IMG/VR virus record: IMGVR_UViG_3300045988_132745
Span: 32,001 to 96,000 of that record
Length of the DNA: 64,000 nucleotides
Source of the DNA: a virus
Direction: 5' to 3' (one strand)
The translations under genes were made by a program, and so were the position numbers. Every line of letters starts with the position of its first letter. The first letter of the stretch is position 1. Below the pieces are notes generated by a model. It did not search any database. It was given only the letters and a program-made list of their open reading frames with translations, and had not been told where the DNA came from. Positions 62,797 to 64,000 of this stretch are shown piece after piece.

Positions 62797-63150
62797 ATGA
62801 AAATTTTTAAGAATGAATTAAACGGCGTTAATTTTAAAGTAGTTTGTGATGTGTGGCAAACGGCATCATCTTGGGGACATGTTGCCAAACTGTTTGAGAA
62901 TGATGTAGAAATAGGACGCTATAAAATAAATTTTACAAGTTTGTCTATTATTGAAAATTACAGGCTTATAATACAATGTTTAATAAATGAAGTAAAAAAG
63001 CGCGCGGAAAAAAAGGCGCTAACTGCTTTTTTAAAAGCTAAGGGCTACAAGCGTATGACGGCTAACAGGTATTTCGAATTGACTTTTTATTTGCAACATG
63101 ATAAAAAATACATGTTATATAACGAACTTTTTAAAATTTATAATTTTTAA
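62797..63150 (+). CDS. Hypothetical AT-rich protein
   Basis: ATG start preferred over the TTG at 62791. Confidence 0.45.
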   Translation: MKIFKNELNGVNFKVVCDVWQTASSWGHVAKLFENDVEIGRYKINFTSLSIIENYRLIIQCLINEVKKRAEKKALTAFLKAKGYKRMTANRYFELTFYLQHDKKYMLYNELFKIYNF

Positions 63151-63205
63151 TCCTGGACCGGTTACCGGTCTTTAATACAAATAACAAAACAAAAAATACA
63201 AGATT

Positions 63206-63358
63206 ATGAAAGAGAAAATAAAAGATTTCGGAGAGTTCAACGGTTTTCGCGGTTGCATGGGTTTGTATTTCAATACAAAACAGCTTCGCCCCTTGAAGAA
63301 GTACGGTATAACAGCCGCTACAACGTTAGAAGAAGCATATAACATTATTAACGAATAA
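63206..63358 (+). CDS. Small hypothetical protein (50 aa; not in the ORF track)
   Basis: Its upstream sequence AAAAAATACAAGATTATGAAAG is repeated at 63975-63998. Confidence 0.35.
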   Translation: MKEKIKDFGEFNGFRGCMGLYFNTKQLRPLKKYGITAATTLEEAYNIINE

Positions 63359-63367
63359 TATAGCAAT

Positions 63368-63577
63368 ATGGATTTTAACGAACTTACAACGATTTCGGGG
63401 GCGGTTGTCTTCATCAAACGCCCCGCCCCCTGGAACTGGCAAGCTATAGACGATAAAGGCGTAATTTGTGCAGCTCCTACAAAAAGAGAGTGCCAGCGCA
63501 AAGTAAATGTAATGCGCAAGGCTGGGCGTTATTCTCCATCCTTGGATAAATCAACGTGTAAAGGCTTCCCGCAATGA
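63368..63577 (+). CDS. Small hypothetical protein
   Basis: 69-aa ORF whose 3' end overlaps the convergent XRE gene. Confidence 0.3.
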   Translation: MDFNELTTISGAVVFIKRPAPWNWQAIDDKGVICAAPTKRECQRKVNVMRKAGRYSPSLDKSTCKGFPQ

Positions 63578-63813
63578 GGACACACAAGGCGCACGCCTTG
63601 CCCCGTCTCTTGCGGTGTGCTGGCTGCAACCTCTTCAGGGCTGGCAAAAAGTTGCCACATCGGAATATTAAGCACGGCCGCCCACTTCTCTAACGTGGGA
63701 TATGATGGCGTTTTGATTTGCTGATACAAACCGACTGGAGAGATACCGAGCAGGGCGGCGAACTCCTTTTGCGTAATATTTCGCTCTTTTAGTATTTGCT
63801 TTATCCTATTCAT
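63529..63813 (-). CDS. XRE-family HTH regulator with a C-terminal CxxC tail
   Basis: Start at MNRIKQ, because the -7 box lies at 63841. ITQKEFAALLGISPVGLYQ; CPHCGKPL. Confidence 0.75.
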   Translation of the reverse strand: MNRIKQILKERNITQKEFAALLGISPVGLYQQIKTPSYPTLEKWAAVLNIPMWQLFASPEEVAASTPQETGQGVRLVCPHCGKPLHVDLSKDGE

Positions 63814-63840
63814 AATATATAATATTAGTATTTGGTATTG

Positions 63841-63848
63841 CAAAAGTA
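63841..63848 (-). promoter_or_regulatory. -7 box (CAAAAGTA on the plus strand)
   Basis: 28 nt upstream of the minus-strand ATG at 63813. Confidence 0.4.
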
Positions 63849-63945
63849 TATAAAATATTAAAAGTATATAGTATATACTTAGTTAATAAGTATTAAATGT
63901 ATAGTGTTTTCTATTGTTTTATTTTGTTATACTAAGTATTTACTA

Positions 63946-63953
63946 TATCTTTG
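63946..63953 (+). promoter_or_regulatory. -7 box TATCTTTG (repeat of 62748)
   Basis: TATCTTTGCAAGCGTAAACAA is repeated. Confidence 0.5.
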
Positions 63954-63991
63954 CAAGCGTAAACAAATAATAAAACAAAAAATACAAGATT

Positions 63992-64000
63992 ATGAAAGCA
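63992..64000 (+). CDS. Start of a gene truncated by the window edge (MKA...)
   Basis: Same leader and ATGAAAG start as 63206. Confidence 0.3.

Overview
The window is almost entirely a tailed-phage or prophage genome segment, and neither phage end is visible. The host is probably Bacteroidales: many genes sit behind TAnnTTTG -7 promoter boxes, Shine-Dalgarno sites are absent, and lipoprotein LSSC/VASC lipoboxes occur. From 1 to about 56.4 kb nearly all genes are on the + strand. In order they are: the 3' part of a tape-measure gene; an 0.9-kb non-coding repeat-rich region; a primase-related gene; a dNMP-kinase / ThyX-like / dUTPase operon; one tRNA(CAT); an S49 protease-scaffold and major capsid module; an insulated LysR regulator; a 13-kb block of small accessory cassettes (RtcB ligase, two YopX, GNAT, LemA-like, and an SPFH gene with an in-frame TAG); a portal-like gene; a DNA methyltransferase; large tail and fibre genes; and a GH24 endolysin cassette. 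The clearest system is a diversity-generating retroelement. A 118-bp VR at the C-terminus of a 778-aa fibre protein (50631-50748) matches a TR (51117-51234), with 12 mismatches that all fall on TR adenines, followed by a reverse transcriptase. This RT has unusual features: the TR lies inside its ORF, the YxDD motif appears non-canonical, it carries a C-terminal extension, and no Avd is present. Other unexplained signals are tRNA half-molecules in permuted order, a start-codon-proximal AAAATATAGAG motif, three families of short-period intergenic repeats that flank late genes, and four tandem XRE-repressor modules at 58.4-64 kb. No terminase, integrase, CRISPR array or rRNA was seen. All calls come from reading the sequence by eye; no searches were run.
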